Assembly: GCF_001194135.2 (NCBI RefSeq)
Contig: NC_068990.1
Span: 57,630,539-57,694,538, forward strand
DNA length: 64,000 bases
Source of the DNA: Octopus bimaculoides
Taxonomy: Eukaryota
Reading direction: 5' to 3'
Part shown: one piece after another, positions 11,775 through 25,241 of the stretch
How positions within the stretch are numbered: the first letter of the stretch is position 1
How the letters are laid out: each line of letters opens with the position of its first letter
Notes under the pieces: model-generated
The model's input: only the letters and a program-made list of their open reading frames with translations
Database searches by the model: none
What the model was told of the DNA's origin: nothing
Translations under genes and position numbers: made by a program

Positions 11775-12007
11775 TATATTCTGAGCTTCAGAAGAAAGAT
11801 TATTTGTCGCTTCATAGATAATATTGCTCCGGTATCATTCTACTGCTTTTCCTTTGAGTGAGTTTCAAATATCATCGTTCAAATCTACTGATATGGACAA
11901 CCTTAAACTAGCTTAGCTTTATTGACATGCTAGTTATACATACTTAGACTAAAATATCTAATCGCTTGGTAAGCAAGTCTTTAAAGTTGCATGTTCACTT
12001 CTGCTTT

Positions 12008-12722
12008 TAATTATTTAGGTGTACTGAGATGTATTCCTTTCAGAAAACAGCTGCTCTGTTAATAGAGATACAAATCTCTATCGCTGAACGAGAACAATGT
12101 GACCAGAGAAAAGTCTTGCATATCCTTACTGTTCCACTTGCAAACAGTATTTGTAATATGCAAGCTAGTTAGTTGATTTCTCTTTCTGAAAAATCCTATC
12201 TTAACCAAATTGTGACTCAGACATTTACTTAGAAAACCAAGAGCACTAACCAATATTGGTATAAAGGTAAATTTGTATTCTGGGTATAATAGCTGGAGGT
12301 TTCGAAGCAGTTGTCCGTAGTTATTCTCTTTCTCTCTGATTTTCAATGAGAATTTGACATCAGCAGGACAGCTGACCTCTCTGACGGTACCTACTCTTTC
12401 CCGTCTGTCCCAAACAACAATATCCGGCCTGTTATGCTTACTCGTGACAAATGCTTTGAAGGGAATGTTCCACCAGTACACGTTGTATTGATGTTTGCGT
12501 ACATAGTCAATCGTTGCGCCATTCTCTATATTTATTCCAGTTCAGTCTTTATTCGGACTTCATTGTATATTGTCTTTGCGACGTCGAGTTGCATAGAGAT
12601 GCAGTACCTTGATGACATTTTTGGTCAGCTGCTAATCATGTGCGGTGTCTTCCTCAGAAATATGAAATAATCTGCTTTTTCGGTTGCATCTTGGAACACC
12701 AAGAGTTTTGCTGCCTGTTTTG
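12008..12722 (-). mobile_element. R4-clade non-LTR retrotransposon 3' fragment (zinc-knuckle remnant plus restriction-like endonuclease)
   Basis: ORF 12059-12481 contains HNRPDIVVWD...EVSCPAD...EKENNY..L...LY...IPILVSALG, a PD-(D/E)xK RLE domain. Upstream WCSKM...AHD is a decayed CCHC. Confidence 0.85.
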
Positions 12723-12789
12723 TATGTATGTATACATGCATGTATGTATGTATTTATGCATGTATGAATGTATACATATACATACACAC

Positions 12790-12820
<31 letters not shown>

Positions 12821-12873
12821 TACACAGGAATATATATATATGCATATATATATACACATAGATATATATGCAT

Positions 12874-12904
<31 letters not shown>

Positions 12905-12919
12905 CACATACGCACACAT

Positions 12920-12966
<47 letters not shown>

Positions 12967-13334
12967 ATGTATGGATAATTTATCCTGTTCACGCTATTTT
13001 ATTAACATTATCACGCGTTTGGGAATAAAAAATTTATTTCTGTATCTTTGAATACATCTCAACGCTTCTAAAACAAACTTTGTTTACTTTCATCATNNNN
13101 NNNNNNNNNNNNNNNNNNNNNNNNNNNNNNNNNNNNNNNNNNNNNNNNNNNNNNNNNNNNNNNNNNNNNNNNNNNNNNNNNNNNNNNNNNNNNNNNNNNN
13201 NNNNNNNNNNNNNNNNNNNNNNNNNNNNNNNNNNNNNNNNNNNNNNNNNNNNNNNNNNNNNNNNNNNNNNNNNNNNNNNNNNNNNNNNNTATATATATAC
13301 ATAGAAATATATACATATACATACATATATATAC

Positions 13335-13394
<60 letters not shown>

Positions 13395-13470
13395 AATATA
13401 TACATATACATACATATATATACGCATATATATACATACATTTATATACATATATACACAGATATGTGTG
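12723..13470. repeat. TA/CA microsatellite fields around gap 13097-13289
   Basis: Directly visible; 12965-13096 is unique sequence. Confidence 0.8.
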
Positions 13471-14729
13471 TACATGCATGTTTATGTGTGCTTGTAAGTA
13501 GCTCCCCAGTCGTCAAAGAAATAGTGCCTACCAGCAAAACTTTCTCTCTAGATATTCGGCTTTATGCTCACGGTCGGCGAAGTGATGAAATACAAATCCT
13601 CGACCCTGCAGCCGAGAATCTAATGCATTCCCCACCCCTACCCACACCCATAAATTTTGCCACGGTTTGTGATGACCGACATGACAAGTGTAGAAGTAAC
13701 ACTAATGAATGCAATTGCGAGAAGCCATAGCTAATGTTTTATATTAATTTATATCGACGATTTTGAAATACTTTTACTAAATTGCATATAGTTGATGTCA
13801 TTATCGCCCAACACACAATACTTTTTCCATTTCTCTGCTTTACTTATTTCAAATCGACAAACATTTCTACAATGCTATATTTCTTCTTCATTCCATTTTT
13901 ACAAGCTTGAGACAGCCTAAACTTGAAATGATTGGTGTATATTGACATTGACCCTGTTTCACTGTTTCATTACGATTCTCACAAGCACGATCAGTGTAAT
14001 AGCAGACTCGCTAAGCGAATATCACTTGAAGTAAACCTGAGGCATTATTGCCTTCGACTTACACTTATTAGTAAACTCATCTTTTCTCGAAATGGACGAA
14101 GAGATAGCCTATCACTCATTGCATTTTTGTTAGTAAAATGTAATATAAAGGTCAAACAATCACGAAATAGCAAAAATATATCTATCTAGGTTAAGAGGGT
14201 TCTTAATCTGACACCTAGAAACAAAATGCTGTTATAAGAATTATTCGTATTTTGCAGAAGACAGGCGGATAGTATTGTTTCATATTTATCAAAAGAATTT
14301 AAATGAAAAGTTTACTGCTTTTAGCAAACATTCTACAGATCTGTAAAGTTCATGTTTGATTATAAACACTTAAATAAGAATATATTATGTATTTATAACC
14401 GAACACACACGCACACACATCTAAAACAAGCATACATAACATTTATAGAAACATTCCCAATTCTTTTGTATAAACAAGTTTCAAATGTCCAAGATGTATG
14501 ACCATCTTTTCTCGAATATAGACAAGTACAGATATAACAAATACCATACAACATATTTAAGATTAGCTTCATATGAAGAAAGGAGATAACCTCAAGGCTC
14601 ATGCAATTAAAGAAAAGGACAGGTTTTTCTCTAAGTTCGTTTCTGCTTAAATTATATAAATGACATAAGCTATAAATGTGTTCCCTTTTTGTATAAGTTT
14701 AATGTTATAAAAATTAGAGCACTGTGCTT

Positions 14730-14879
14730 ATAATGATTTTAATAAACGTATTCCCCTCTCAGATTCACACACATATTGCAGCGGTCCTTCAGTTTTTCTA
14801 AGCCCTGTAAAAGAACTCTGTTGGGCCTCCAACCAGGCCTTTTGCGACACCCTTAAAACCAGGAACCTTTCAGCACCTC

Positions 14880-14885
<6 letters not shown>
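14730..14885 (-). mobile_element. Mariner-derived MITE, 5' TIR plus transposase C-terminal remnant
   Basis: Minus strand begins TA-cgaggaggtgctgaaaggttcctgg and continues through AWLEAQQ to a (frameshifted) KLKDRC..CVNLRGEY; homologous to 6050-6177. Confidence 0.75.
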
Positions 14886-14916
<31 letters not shown>

Positions 14917-16114
14917 ACACACACGTATGCGTGTGTGAGTATATTTATGCGTTTTATTTTGCGTTGGAAGATTTAAAAAAGAAATTATGAACTCTGTAGT
15001 ATAATAACAATAATTTTTATATAATTTTCCCTTTATCTACTACATACAAACAGAAAACAAACCTTTTTTCGTCCATGTAGTATATCGACTCAACTGCAGA
15101 CGGGTGATTGCAAGTGCAAGGTGAAAAACCCCCCCCCAAAAAAACGATAAAAGTAATTCGTTTATACGATATTAATAAAGTGCGAAAGGTGAATATATTG
15201 TGAGAATGCATGCGCGCCAGCACACACTCACTCATTGTCTGTTTTATAAAGTGAATTGGATGATTTGTGTTGTAAGAAATGTTAGTAAAATCGGCCTAGA
15301 GGAAGGAGATAAGACAGTTTTGTGATTTGTTCCACTAGGACGTGCTCCGCATTAAGACAAGCTAGTCGAGAGAAGTTTATTGTTGTACAAAATACTGTTC
15401 TTTGTGTTAGCGTTTCATTTGAGTGCCATACATGTGCTAGTAGATCAAGGCATAGACGTATACGTTAAAGAATTTAACATATGTGTTCTCAAACTGGAAG
15501 AATAGCAAGCAAAAACATTTCTCATTCAATTTAAGACGTCGCACGATTTAAGGCAGCCGTTTCTAAACTGTTGGCGCAAAATAAGGAGCGAACGGCTAAG
15601 AGCAAAGAGAGAAATAGTGAAAGATAGAGAGAGAGAAATAAAAGTTCTTAAACATGGTCGCTGTGATGTTGAAATAAGAAAGAGGAAAAAAATAGTTTAA
15701 TTTCTGTTTAAATGCTTGAAATAGTTGATATAATACTTGTGTTTGGCCAAAACGATACACCAAAACAATACAATATAATGTAATTTCTGGTTTAGGCACA
15801 AAGCTTGTCATTTTGAACGAAGGGTCTTGTTTCTTTACAGTGACCCCAGTGCCCAACTGATACTATATNNNNNNNNNNNNNNNNNNNNNNNNNNNNNNNN
15901 NNNNNNNNNNNNNNNNNNNNNNNNNNNNNNNNNNNNNNNNNNNNNNNNNNNNNNNNNNNNNNNNNNNNNNNNNNNNNNNNNNNNNNNNNNNNNNNNNNNN
16001 NNNNNNNNNNNNNNNNNNNNNNNNNNNNNNNNNNNNNNNNNNNNNNNNNNNNNNNNNNNNNNNNNNNNGAGAGAGAGAGAGAGAGAGAGAGAGTAATGTA
16101 AGCGCTGTAAAATA

Positions 16115-16305
16115 TATTGGTTTCAAATTTTGGCACAAGGCCAACAAGTCCGGCGAAGCGGATAAGTCGATTGGCACTTATTTCATCGACCCCGAAAGGA
16201 TGAGAGGCAAAGTGGGCCTCAGCGACATTTGAACGGTGAACGTAAAGACGGACGAAATGCTGCTAAGCCCCGATTACTAACGATTCTACCAGCTCACTGC
16301 CTTAA
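16115..16305 (-). mobile_element. SINE family B
   Basis: ttttggcacaaggcc...catcgaccccgaaaggatga...cgtaaagacggacgaaatgc...ccagctcactgcc. Confidence 0.9.
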
Positions 16306-16569
16306 GCCCTGCAAAGTATATTGAAATATAGTTTAACATAGTAGAAACATTTTTAGTGAACTGCCCAGCCCGGTGAGAAACTTAAATTTATGTTAGATTT
16401 TGATATTACACACGCACACATACACACACACGGATATACATGTATATGAAAACTCATGCTCACACTAAAACTACTCACTTATGCATATAGTGACAATAGT
16501 TAGCCCTCCGCTTGTTTGATCAGCTGAGCTAACCACATATTGTAGATACATAATTTAGTTGTTCAAATA

Positions 16570-16745
16570 TTTGTGTTGCAGGTTGTCGCCTATTCGATAG
16601 GCTTTCACATAATTTCTATCACTTCAATTTCACTCACAAGCATTGTACCAACACGAAATCATAGCAAAAGATACTCATACAAGATAACATACGGTGACAT
16701 CGAACCCGGGACCTCATGATTGTAAAGTAAACTCCTTAACCGGTC
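16570..16745 (-). mobile_element. SINE family A-like, degenerate 5' half
   Basis: tttcactcacaagcatt...atcgaacccgggacctcatgattgtaaag. Confidence 0.55.
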
Positions 16746-17449
16746 AGTAATATATTTTTGTGCATACATCTGCACGCACGCACACACAAGCACACAAATT
16801 TGTACGCAATGTATTAAAACGCAAGGCGAATGACAAAGAAACAAATTTTCAGTTTTCCTCAGGTTATTGATTACAGACGGAAATCACACATGTGAGGAGT
16901 GATTTGTAATGTGTGAAACGGAATCGAAACTGCGACACCAACTAGCTTCACTGTAACCTTACATATGCTTTCATGCACGAACACATTTGTTATTCAATAT
17001 TCAATATTCAAGATTAACCCAGAGCAATTCAATCCAACGTCATCTTGCAGATATTACTAAGTTGCCTGAAGCTAGAACATACAAGGAAACCCTAAAACGG
17101 TCTCACTCTGTTAATTAATGATATTATTCTTTATTAATGTATTTCGTTAATTAATTATATTAATCTTTATTAATGTATTTGTTAAATGCCTAAAGCCGTT
17201 ATTTAAACTGTAACACTAGATTTTGCCTGTAATTACCAAAATTAACCAATTCACATTATGAAGCAGAAATTATATTTGAAAACTATATTTAAAAAGGACT
17301 ACAGAAATATTATACTCCTTTACTACTTGATGATATAACCAAACTGTTGGGAGACTGGCATATCAGCAGATTGGATACAGTGAAGAAATACAAAATAGGA
17401 TGAAAAGTTTAGTAAATATATATAGTTCAATGATCACGTTTATTGTTGC

Positions 17450-17645
17450 TCGAATTGGTATGGTGTCGGACAAAATTCCTTGTGTTATCTAATTATGTCA
17501 TTTTACGTTTTGAATTCAAATTATCCTCAAGTCAACTTTATCCTTCATTTTCTTGGTGAATAAGCTAAAGTATCAATCCAAAGCATGGTCAATTTCTTCG
17601 GCTGTATCCCTCCTCACAAAATTTTGGCATTATACCAATTCTAAG
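17450..17645 (+). mobile_element. SINE family B, degenerate
   Basis: ttttacgttttgaattcaaatt...gtcaactttatccttcat...aaaattttggcatt. Confidence 0.6.
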
Positions 17646-18429
17646 AATTAATATACTGTTTGATCTCATAAACGTATCGAAGTCACAGCTGTAAATCGTC
17701 AAACTGTTGGGGCTCAATTCTCTCTGGCATTGACCTATCTTTTTATTTAATCAGAGAAGCAAGTGTAATACTCACATCCTTTATGGAGCTGCCACTCAGG
17801 TGAGATTTATGCAATCAACTTTTGAGGCTGGGTATTTTTAAGCCAAAAAATTCTAGTCAACACTTACGAATGACAAATTGTGCGTGTGTGTGTGCATGCG
17901 TGTGCGTGCATGCGTACATGAGCAGAGAGCCATCTCTGTGTACATGTATACGTGTTTACGGTTGTTTGTCTGTATATATGGTTGAAAACAAATTTACTTT
18001 ATCCTTCTCCTTTTCCTATGCATCTATAAAAGTTGCAACCCTATTACGTCATGAATAAAATTTGTGGCATAGTTACATAATGAATGGATTCAATTCTATC
18101 GGCTAAACACCACTACTTCATCTTTATAGTGTTGTGTCGAATGTAAGGAGTTAATCAGTTGATAAACTGGTTAGTAAGAACAGTTTCCTTGTAGTTTGCA
18201 AGTTATCTTATTAAGACAGTTATACCAATAACACTAGGTAAATAAATAAATGCCCTTTATATCTGGCCTGTCATCATCTGAATTCGAATCCTGTCAAAAC
18301 TAACTTTGTTCTTGATTTATATGGCCACATAAAATAAATCCGAGTAACACACTCACCTACTTCTTTAATTAGCTTCAACCAAAAGGCATTTCATAGTGCT
18401 ACGCCAAAAAAACAAAAAAGAAAGAAAAA

Positions 18430-19870
18430 AATGCTCTTCATTGATCTCAGTAGGTCCTCAATTTGAGCTGTCTGTCTTCTGTTAGGATGCAGAAATTTCC
18501 AGAACATAAGATTTGAAATTATCTGATGCTCAGCAAAATAGCAATGACCAGCCAAACCTATATTGCTTTGAATAACAAAAACATAGATGGATGGAATGCT
18601 TCAAAACATCGTCTCTTTGGAATTGTAGTCACGCTAGGAAATGTTTTGAAACCTGCTGTATGCACTATCAAAGCTATCTTGACGTTTCTTCTTCATAGTT
18701 CAAATTTTGGCTTCATAGAGAAGAATGATTTCTCCACACGCTTTGAAGAAGGTCAACTTCATTGACTTTGAAACAACAGATTGCAAGTTATTGTGAAGCT
18801 TGTTATAGGCAGTCTAATCTTGTCCTTTGCATTTCTAATGATCCAAAAATCTGGGACTTTTATTAACGATAATTGTAAAGGAAACCAATCAAAAGCTTTT
18901 CCGAAGTCTTCAGTTATTTCACTTCCAAAGAAATGTGCCCTTTACATGCCTCTGAACTACAAAGTATTCTAACCTCTGTACTCGAAGATCTGCAACTCTA
19001 TGTTTCTTTATAGAACGTCTCATGTTTATTCTATTCTACGACGGAAATGCTTATGATTATTGCATAATTTACCTTTAAAAGAATCGCAGAAAAGCTCAGA
19101 CTCTTCATGTAAAATGTTTAATTGTATTCCTGAATTTCTCTCACCTCTAGTCTCAAGAATTTACAGCACTATACTTCTTAACAGAATTTTCTTTTACATC
19201 GAGCTTATCCAGTGACGAGAGAAAAATGGGTTCCACAAAGACAGATTGACACTATTACAAATTATTGTTCTTAGAATTATCATAAAGGAGCTCAAGATCT
19301 CCAAATAAAAGCATCAATTGTATTTGTGAATTTCTCCAAGAAATTTGAAAGGTTATAGTACGCAATTTGTTAAACTACGCGTATTCCAAATGGTACTGTC
19401 AAAACCATTACCATCATGTGTGAAAACACACCAAACTTTGTGCGAATCACAGACAGTCCGACAAAAGAGTTTCCCAGCAACTGAAGGAATCCTTCAGAGA
19501 GATACCCTAACTTCTTTCCTCATTGTGTTTGTGCCGGACCATGCACTTTGGCAAAATTTTTATCTCATCCAAAACAAAGGCCTCAGCTTCAAGCAAAACC
19601 TATCAAGACGTCAGTAGAGTTTGCATCTCTCTGATCTTGACTATAACGACGATCTTGCCCTCACAGCTCATGAAATGTGTGATGCGAAAGACTTTGTTAA
19701 CATTGCTTGAAGATGCTGCAGCCAAGGTTCATCTGTTACCCAGTGTAATGTAAACTACATGATCATTAATGAGGATGAAAGCCAATTTATTCTAATTGTA
19801 GCACACAACTCAAAGAGGTTTGTGACTTCAAGTACCTTGGGTCCTGTGTTTCAGACAGCAAGAAAGTAAT
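18430..19870 (+). mobile_element. Degenerate RTE-clade LINE reverse transcriptase region
   Basis: Frameshifted RT motifs in order: NGFHKDR, FVNFSKKF, EGILQRDTLTSFLIVFVPDHAL (GVLQGDTLAPFLF-like), SDLDYNDDLAL (YADD box), DFKYLGS. Confidence 0.85.
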
Positions 19871-20689
19871 AGATAAGGGCTGACTTAATCAACAATATTT
19901 CGGAAACACTAAAAAGTTTATTTGCGTCGAGTCGAGAGAAATCATTATTTGGTTATGAAATTATATTTATAGTTATTTAATTTCCATTAACTTATAGGTC
20001 AGTGAAATTGCCGTCAAAATGATATAATTTTGTGATAATAACTTTAAATGAGATCATTTTGCTGGGTAGAAAATAAATAAATCTATAGTTTGTCTCGTTC
20101 TTCTCTAATATATAGAAATTTTCAGGAATAATGCTTTAATTGAATCGTATTGTTTTCCATTACCAATGATAGAAGAAATTGACTTTTAAATTAGCAAAAA
20201 TAATAGAGGTATTGTAAAATATTAGTGGAAGACCATATTCTGACAAGAAGCTTACTGTAACGCAGACAACAATGTTTCCTCCTTTATCATATTTCTTATC
20301 TCAATATTTTTCATTACTCAAAAATGTTTAACAATCTCCATTATTAAGCTGAAACCTTCATTATATACCCTTGGACAAAACAATAGCATTGACATGCATT
20401 TAAACAAATCAACGTGAGGAAAATGTAATCCCATAAAGATGCAGTTTTTAGAGGAAAGATATTGGCTAAAGTTTTGCGTACGGATTTGAAGTTGGAGGTA
20501 TTTATATTGAGTGAGACTTAAATGCAAAAAGGGAGTTACATATGGTTGTATAATGATTAAAACTACAGAAGACGTGCGAGAAAAATGGAAGAGGTAAAAA
20601 CAATGAATCCTGTGAACAGGTTACTGAATTGCGTGTTTAAGGAAGAGAACGCATTTTCAGGAAATACTCTGAAATGTGTGAATATTTCT

Positions 20690-21087
20690 TTAGATGTGGT
20701 CTATGTGGTAAAAAAATGTGCTTCCCAGTAATATGGTTCCGGGTACAATCCAGGGCCAACAAAAGCCTTGTGAGTGGATCTGGTAGACTGAAACTGAAAG
20801 AAGCCCGTCGTGTACACACATACGCACGCACCCACACACGAACGCATATACACACGTGTGTGTTTGTGTGTCTGTGCGTGTGTCTCTGTGTGTATTGGTG
20901 ATTGTATTCGTGTTTACCCCCAACAACGCTTCACAACTTGCCATTCGGCAAAATGTTACCGATAGAATAAGTATCAGGCTTTTAAAAACAAGTATTGGGT
21001 CGATTTATTTGACTAAAGTGTTTCGAGTCAGTGCTCCAACATGACCACAGTGCAGTGACTGAAACAAGTAAATGTTAAAAGATAAAA
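20690..21087 (+). mobile_element. SINE family A, near full length
   Basis: aaagccttgtgagtggatctggtagactgaaactgaaagaagcccgtcg, CA/TG tract, gatagaataagta...gactgaaacaagtaa. Confidence 0.88.
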
Positions 21088-21208
21088 GTTATATAGACGT
21101 GTTCTACTGTGTACATGAGTAGCAATTTCTGATTTATAACTATTTAGAGACAAGAAAGTGAAAAAGTACAAATGCTAAAAGCAAAACACTAAACAGTATA
21201 AGGATGTT

Positions 21209-21591
21209 GTTGTTGTTGTTGGCACTCCGTCGCTTACGACGTCGAGGGTTCCAGTTGATCCGATCAACGGAACAGCCTGCTCGTGAAATTAACGTGCAAG
21301 TGACTGAGCGCTCCACAGATACGTGTGTGTACGTACCCTTAACGTAGTTCTCGGGGATATTCAGCGTGACAAGGCTGACCCTTTGAATTACAGGCACAAC
21401 AGAGACAGGAAGTAAGAGAAAGTTGTGGTGGAAGAGTACAGCAGGGTTCGCCACCATTCCCTGCCGGAGCCTCGTGGAGCTTTAAGTGTTTTCGCTCAAT
21501 AAACACTCACAACGCCCGGTCTGGGAATCGAAACAGCGATCCTATGACCGCGAGTCCGCTGCCCTAATCACTGGGCCATTGTGCCTCCACG
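21209..21591 (-). mobile_element. SINE family C, full length, with 10-bp TSD
   Basis: tRNA-like head (minus gtggaggcacaatggcccagtgattagggcagcgg...tttcgattccc), (CAA)n tail; TAAGGATGTT at 21199-21208 and 21592-21601. Confidence 0.93.
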
Positions 21592-22254
21592 TAAGGATGT
21601 TACTGTCCATTAAAGTCCATGAATGATGACATTTATTTGTAAAGATTAGAAAAGGAAAGTTGCTCAAGAATTAAGTATATTTAAGGTTGTATCACAAGTT
21701 TGATTGTTATATTTGTGAATAAACCAAGGTTGATGTTTTTCCTTAAATTTTGTTATAATAACAAATGTGTATCCACGACTATGTGTTACGACAAAATGAC
21801 ATTCTGCTTGAGACATTCTTCTTGAGAAATATCTAGATCTTCGAGTGGTACAATATAAGAAGTGTTATATTAAAAAGGAGAATAAAAATATTTGGTTATA
21901 GGAAAATATCTATATATAAATATTTGAAATCCAAATTGCGTAACTGCAAATAGAAACATACCATAACATAATAATATGCGTTTCGATAAAGAAGATAGTT
22001 TTATTTAGTAAGATACACTGGTTGGTTATCTCGTTTTTATCGAATCATATTTGCAAAATATAATTTCTCGGTTTTTGATACAATTGAATAATTGTATGAA
22101 GAAATATGAAGAAAACAGAGCAACTCTCATGTGATTCTTATGTACATCAGCAATTTCAAAAGTTATATATGATGACATACCGTAATATGAAGTAATTCGG
22201 ATATAGAGACAGATTTTGCAACACAGTCAGATATGCAAAATTTATTCTACTGTG

Positions 22255-22430
22255 CAGATAATCATGACTCCACCAACTATCGTGCAATTAGCATACTGTT
22301 AGCTTCTTCAGACATTCGAGAAATCTGCCTTATCAAATTTCTAAATTTCTATCTAAGTGCTTATACTACCACCAATATGGCTTCAGGAAAGGTCACTCAG
22401 TTATCCATTATATTTCCCAACGTTTAGATG
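22255..22430 (+). mobile_element. LINE RT fragment (CR1/L2/Jockey-like)
   Basis: STNYRAISIL (NYRPISIL-like), then frameshifted HQYGFRKGHS. Confidence 0.6.
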
Positions 22431-23809
22431 AAATGGTTGATGTTATTTCAACCTCCATAACGTCGATATTATTAAACTGAAAAAAAAAAAAAACGTACTT
22501 TTGATATTGTAGAAGATCAAAATCTGATTTCAAAATCACAACTTTATTATTTATGTCATGTAGCAAATAAACGGATCAGATGCAGTATCTATGCTAAGTT
22601 ACTTTAGGCCTCCAGAAGTAATACAGCTCTTGGCATTTTCTGCATTTGTTTCATGCGTACATTAAAAAGAATTACATCAGTTTCGTTTTGCTAATACCAG
22701 TGCGCTCCTATGCGGAAGAGACATTAAAGTACTTTCAGAAAAAAAAAACAAAAAAAAAACGGTGAAATAAAACGGTGAACGGTGAAATAAAAGAATTAGA
22801 ATTAACAGATTGATATCCTAACTAGCAAGTTACAAAATGATAAACCAAATAGTTCTGTAGGGAGAAAAGGAAAATTTAGTTTATGATCACCGATGCTTCT
22901 AGGTATGAATCATAAAGAATAATACTTACCCATTAAAACGTATAAAAATATTGTTTACTTTAGTCAGTTATTGAAGCTATTGCCCATATACTGAATATAA
23001 ATCGAACCAATGTGAAAACTTTTATATGTAACACGATCTGATAATGATAGTTCCAAAATATTGTCCAGAAATTGCGTACGATCATCTAAAAAAAAAAAAG
23101 CAAAATAATATAGTTCTAGAAACACAACGTTAAAAGAAATACTGAATGAAATGTTCTTTTGATCATATGTGTTGCTCAATCACGGCTAACCTGGGAATAA
23201 ACAACAATTCAATTAGATGAGAAAATTAAATGGATACGTTATATTACTAAGATAAATCCCCAAATAAATTTTTGCTTTAAAAGATGCAAAAACTTTCTTC
23301 CAGTCAACTCACAAATATCTATATATGCCTCCTTTGTAATTTCAAATACAAATCATGGTATAGTAGTTGAGAAAACGCAAATAAATCGATATTACCTCGC
23401 ACCAAAATGTTCAGAGAATGTCTACGAAGTTGACACACAAAATATATTATAATACTAAAAGTAACCAATGATTACGACATCAGGCATTTTGGCTATAAAG
23501 AACTGTATAATATCAATAGCGACTTGTTTATATATAACTTCGAAAATGATAAATTTTTCACAATTTTCTAACAAAACATTTGTGTCGGTTAACTCAATTG
23601 CAGACCGCCCTCGCATTACACAGAAAAGAAATATATTAAATTTCGCTTGACATGTCTCTTTTACAAAATATCTTCCTAACCAACTCTTCCATTATATATA
23701 AAATGATTTGTTCAAAACTTGCTTATAAGTAGTAAATCACTTTTTAAAATGTCACTAAATAAATTTGAAAGTTATATTAGATACCGTTATAATGTCTTCT
23801 TAGAAAGAC

Positions 23810-23965
23810 ACAAAGCCAGAAATTCTGGGGTTGGAGTCAGTCGATGATATCGACCCTGAAGGATATAAGCCAAAGTTGATGCCGGCAAATAGTTGAATCC
23901 TGAACAAGGGAATGGAAACGAAAACCGCAATGCGATTTTCAGGCGCTTACCGATTCTACCAATTT
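23810..23965 (-). mobile_element. SINE family B, degenerate
   Basis: gtcagtcgat...tcgaccctgaagga...aaagttgatgccggc...cgattctacc. Confidence 0.65.
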
Positions 23966-24014
23966 ATTACCTGTATTAACTGCTATATTAAAATGATATA
24001 TGGACTATAAAACA

Positions 24015-24234
24015 GGGTGTGACAAGGCTGGCCCTTTAAAATACAGATACAACAGAAACAGGAAGAAAGAGTGAGAGAAAGTTGTAGTAAAAGAGTACAG
24101 CAGGGTTCGCCACAACACCCTGCCGGAGCCTTGTGGAGCTTTAGGTGTTTTCGCTCAATAAACTCACAACGCTCGGTCTGGGAATCGAAACCGCGAGTCC
24201 GCTGCCCTAACCACTGGACCATTGCGCCCCCCCA
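24015..24234 (-). mobile_element. SINE family C, 5' portion
   Basis: Near-identical to 21370-21590 (gagtacagcagggttcgccac...gggaatcgaaaccgcgagtccgctgccctaaccactgg). Confidence 0.9.
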
Positions 24235-24523
24235 CACACACACACACACACACACACTTTTTATTTTATTAAATCTGCAAAAACATCTTAAAAACTTCTC
24301 AGAGTTTCATGTTCCCATTTTCAGACAGTTGNNNNNNNNNNAGAGTTTCATGTTCCCATTTTCAGACAGTTGTGATCAAGATTCACAACTGGTCGACGAA
24401 CGAGATCACGAAACTATGAGTAGCAATTTTTGTGACGTTTTTGCAACTTTGATGAAAAAGCATATTACTCTACCTTCGGAAATCGAGTACTATTTTTCAC
24501 CTTTTTGTGCTTACTTGTGTGTG

Positions 24524-24566
<43 letters not shown>

Positions 24567-25199
24567 GTTTAATGAAGTTGCGATTAATTAAATCAGTCCA
24601 TTCTAGAGATTTGAACGACATTGAAATATTTTGCAACTGAGATATTGTTTTTCCTAAGATATTAGTCTGTTCAAGAACTGTATTCATTCATGTGGACAAA
24701 TTCTCACCCAAAGGACTTATACTTAATCAGACTGTGGATACATTTTCCCACGCATCTTTGCTAAAACTTCATATTCTTTTCTTTCTTTATTGTTTATAAA
24801 GTTGTCATAATCTTTATCGACCACTCTATGCATTTAATTTAGCCTATACATATTATGAACAATATATTTAAGAATAATTGTCTCTATCCACCCAATGGGA
24901 TCTAGTTCATGCTTTAATCCGGCCCCCGAAGACATACGAGCTTGACATCGTTGGTTTAAGCAAACAATGGGAAAACGGGACATGTTCAATATAAAGAGGA
25001 ATATGACGTAAACAAGGAAGAGCGAGGAGCCTCCACGTGATATCTTGACCAATAGTAAATAACATTACGTTTCGTTCGCCTTAAGTGAGGAAAGAATACA
25101 ATGGATAGTGTGGTCCTATGTTGTCTTAAAACATAAGAATGGTCGCGGCTGGAAGGTCTTTTGAAAGCATGCTCGATAAGGTTTGACCAGGGATGAAAA

Positions 25200-25241
<42 letters not shown>

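Noticed and set aside
421-13479. Many ORFs rich in HT/YI/VC/MY dipeptides (also at 28112-28685, 41760-42229, 46544-46959, 55363-55835)
   Set aside because: They are translations of CA/TA/TG/TATG microsatellites.
13464-13730. GC-richer ORF MCVHACL...CNCEKP
   Set aside because: Starts in a microsatellite, no homology recognised, no clear splice sites; could be regulatory but unsupported.
21520-21591. tRNA-like A/B-box sequences (also 4370, 11246, 24170, 42700, 51830)
   Set aside because: They are SINE heads that continue into SINE bodies; no complete cloverleaf with an acceptor stem was evident.
24301-24372. 31-bp exact duplication either side of a 10-N gap
   Set aside because: Typical unmerged contig overlap, an assembly artefact; it also inflates ORF 24071-24640.
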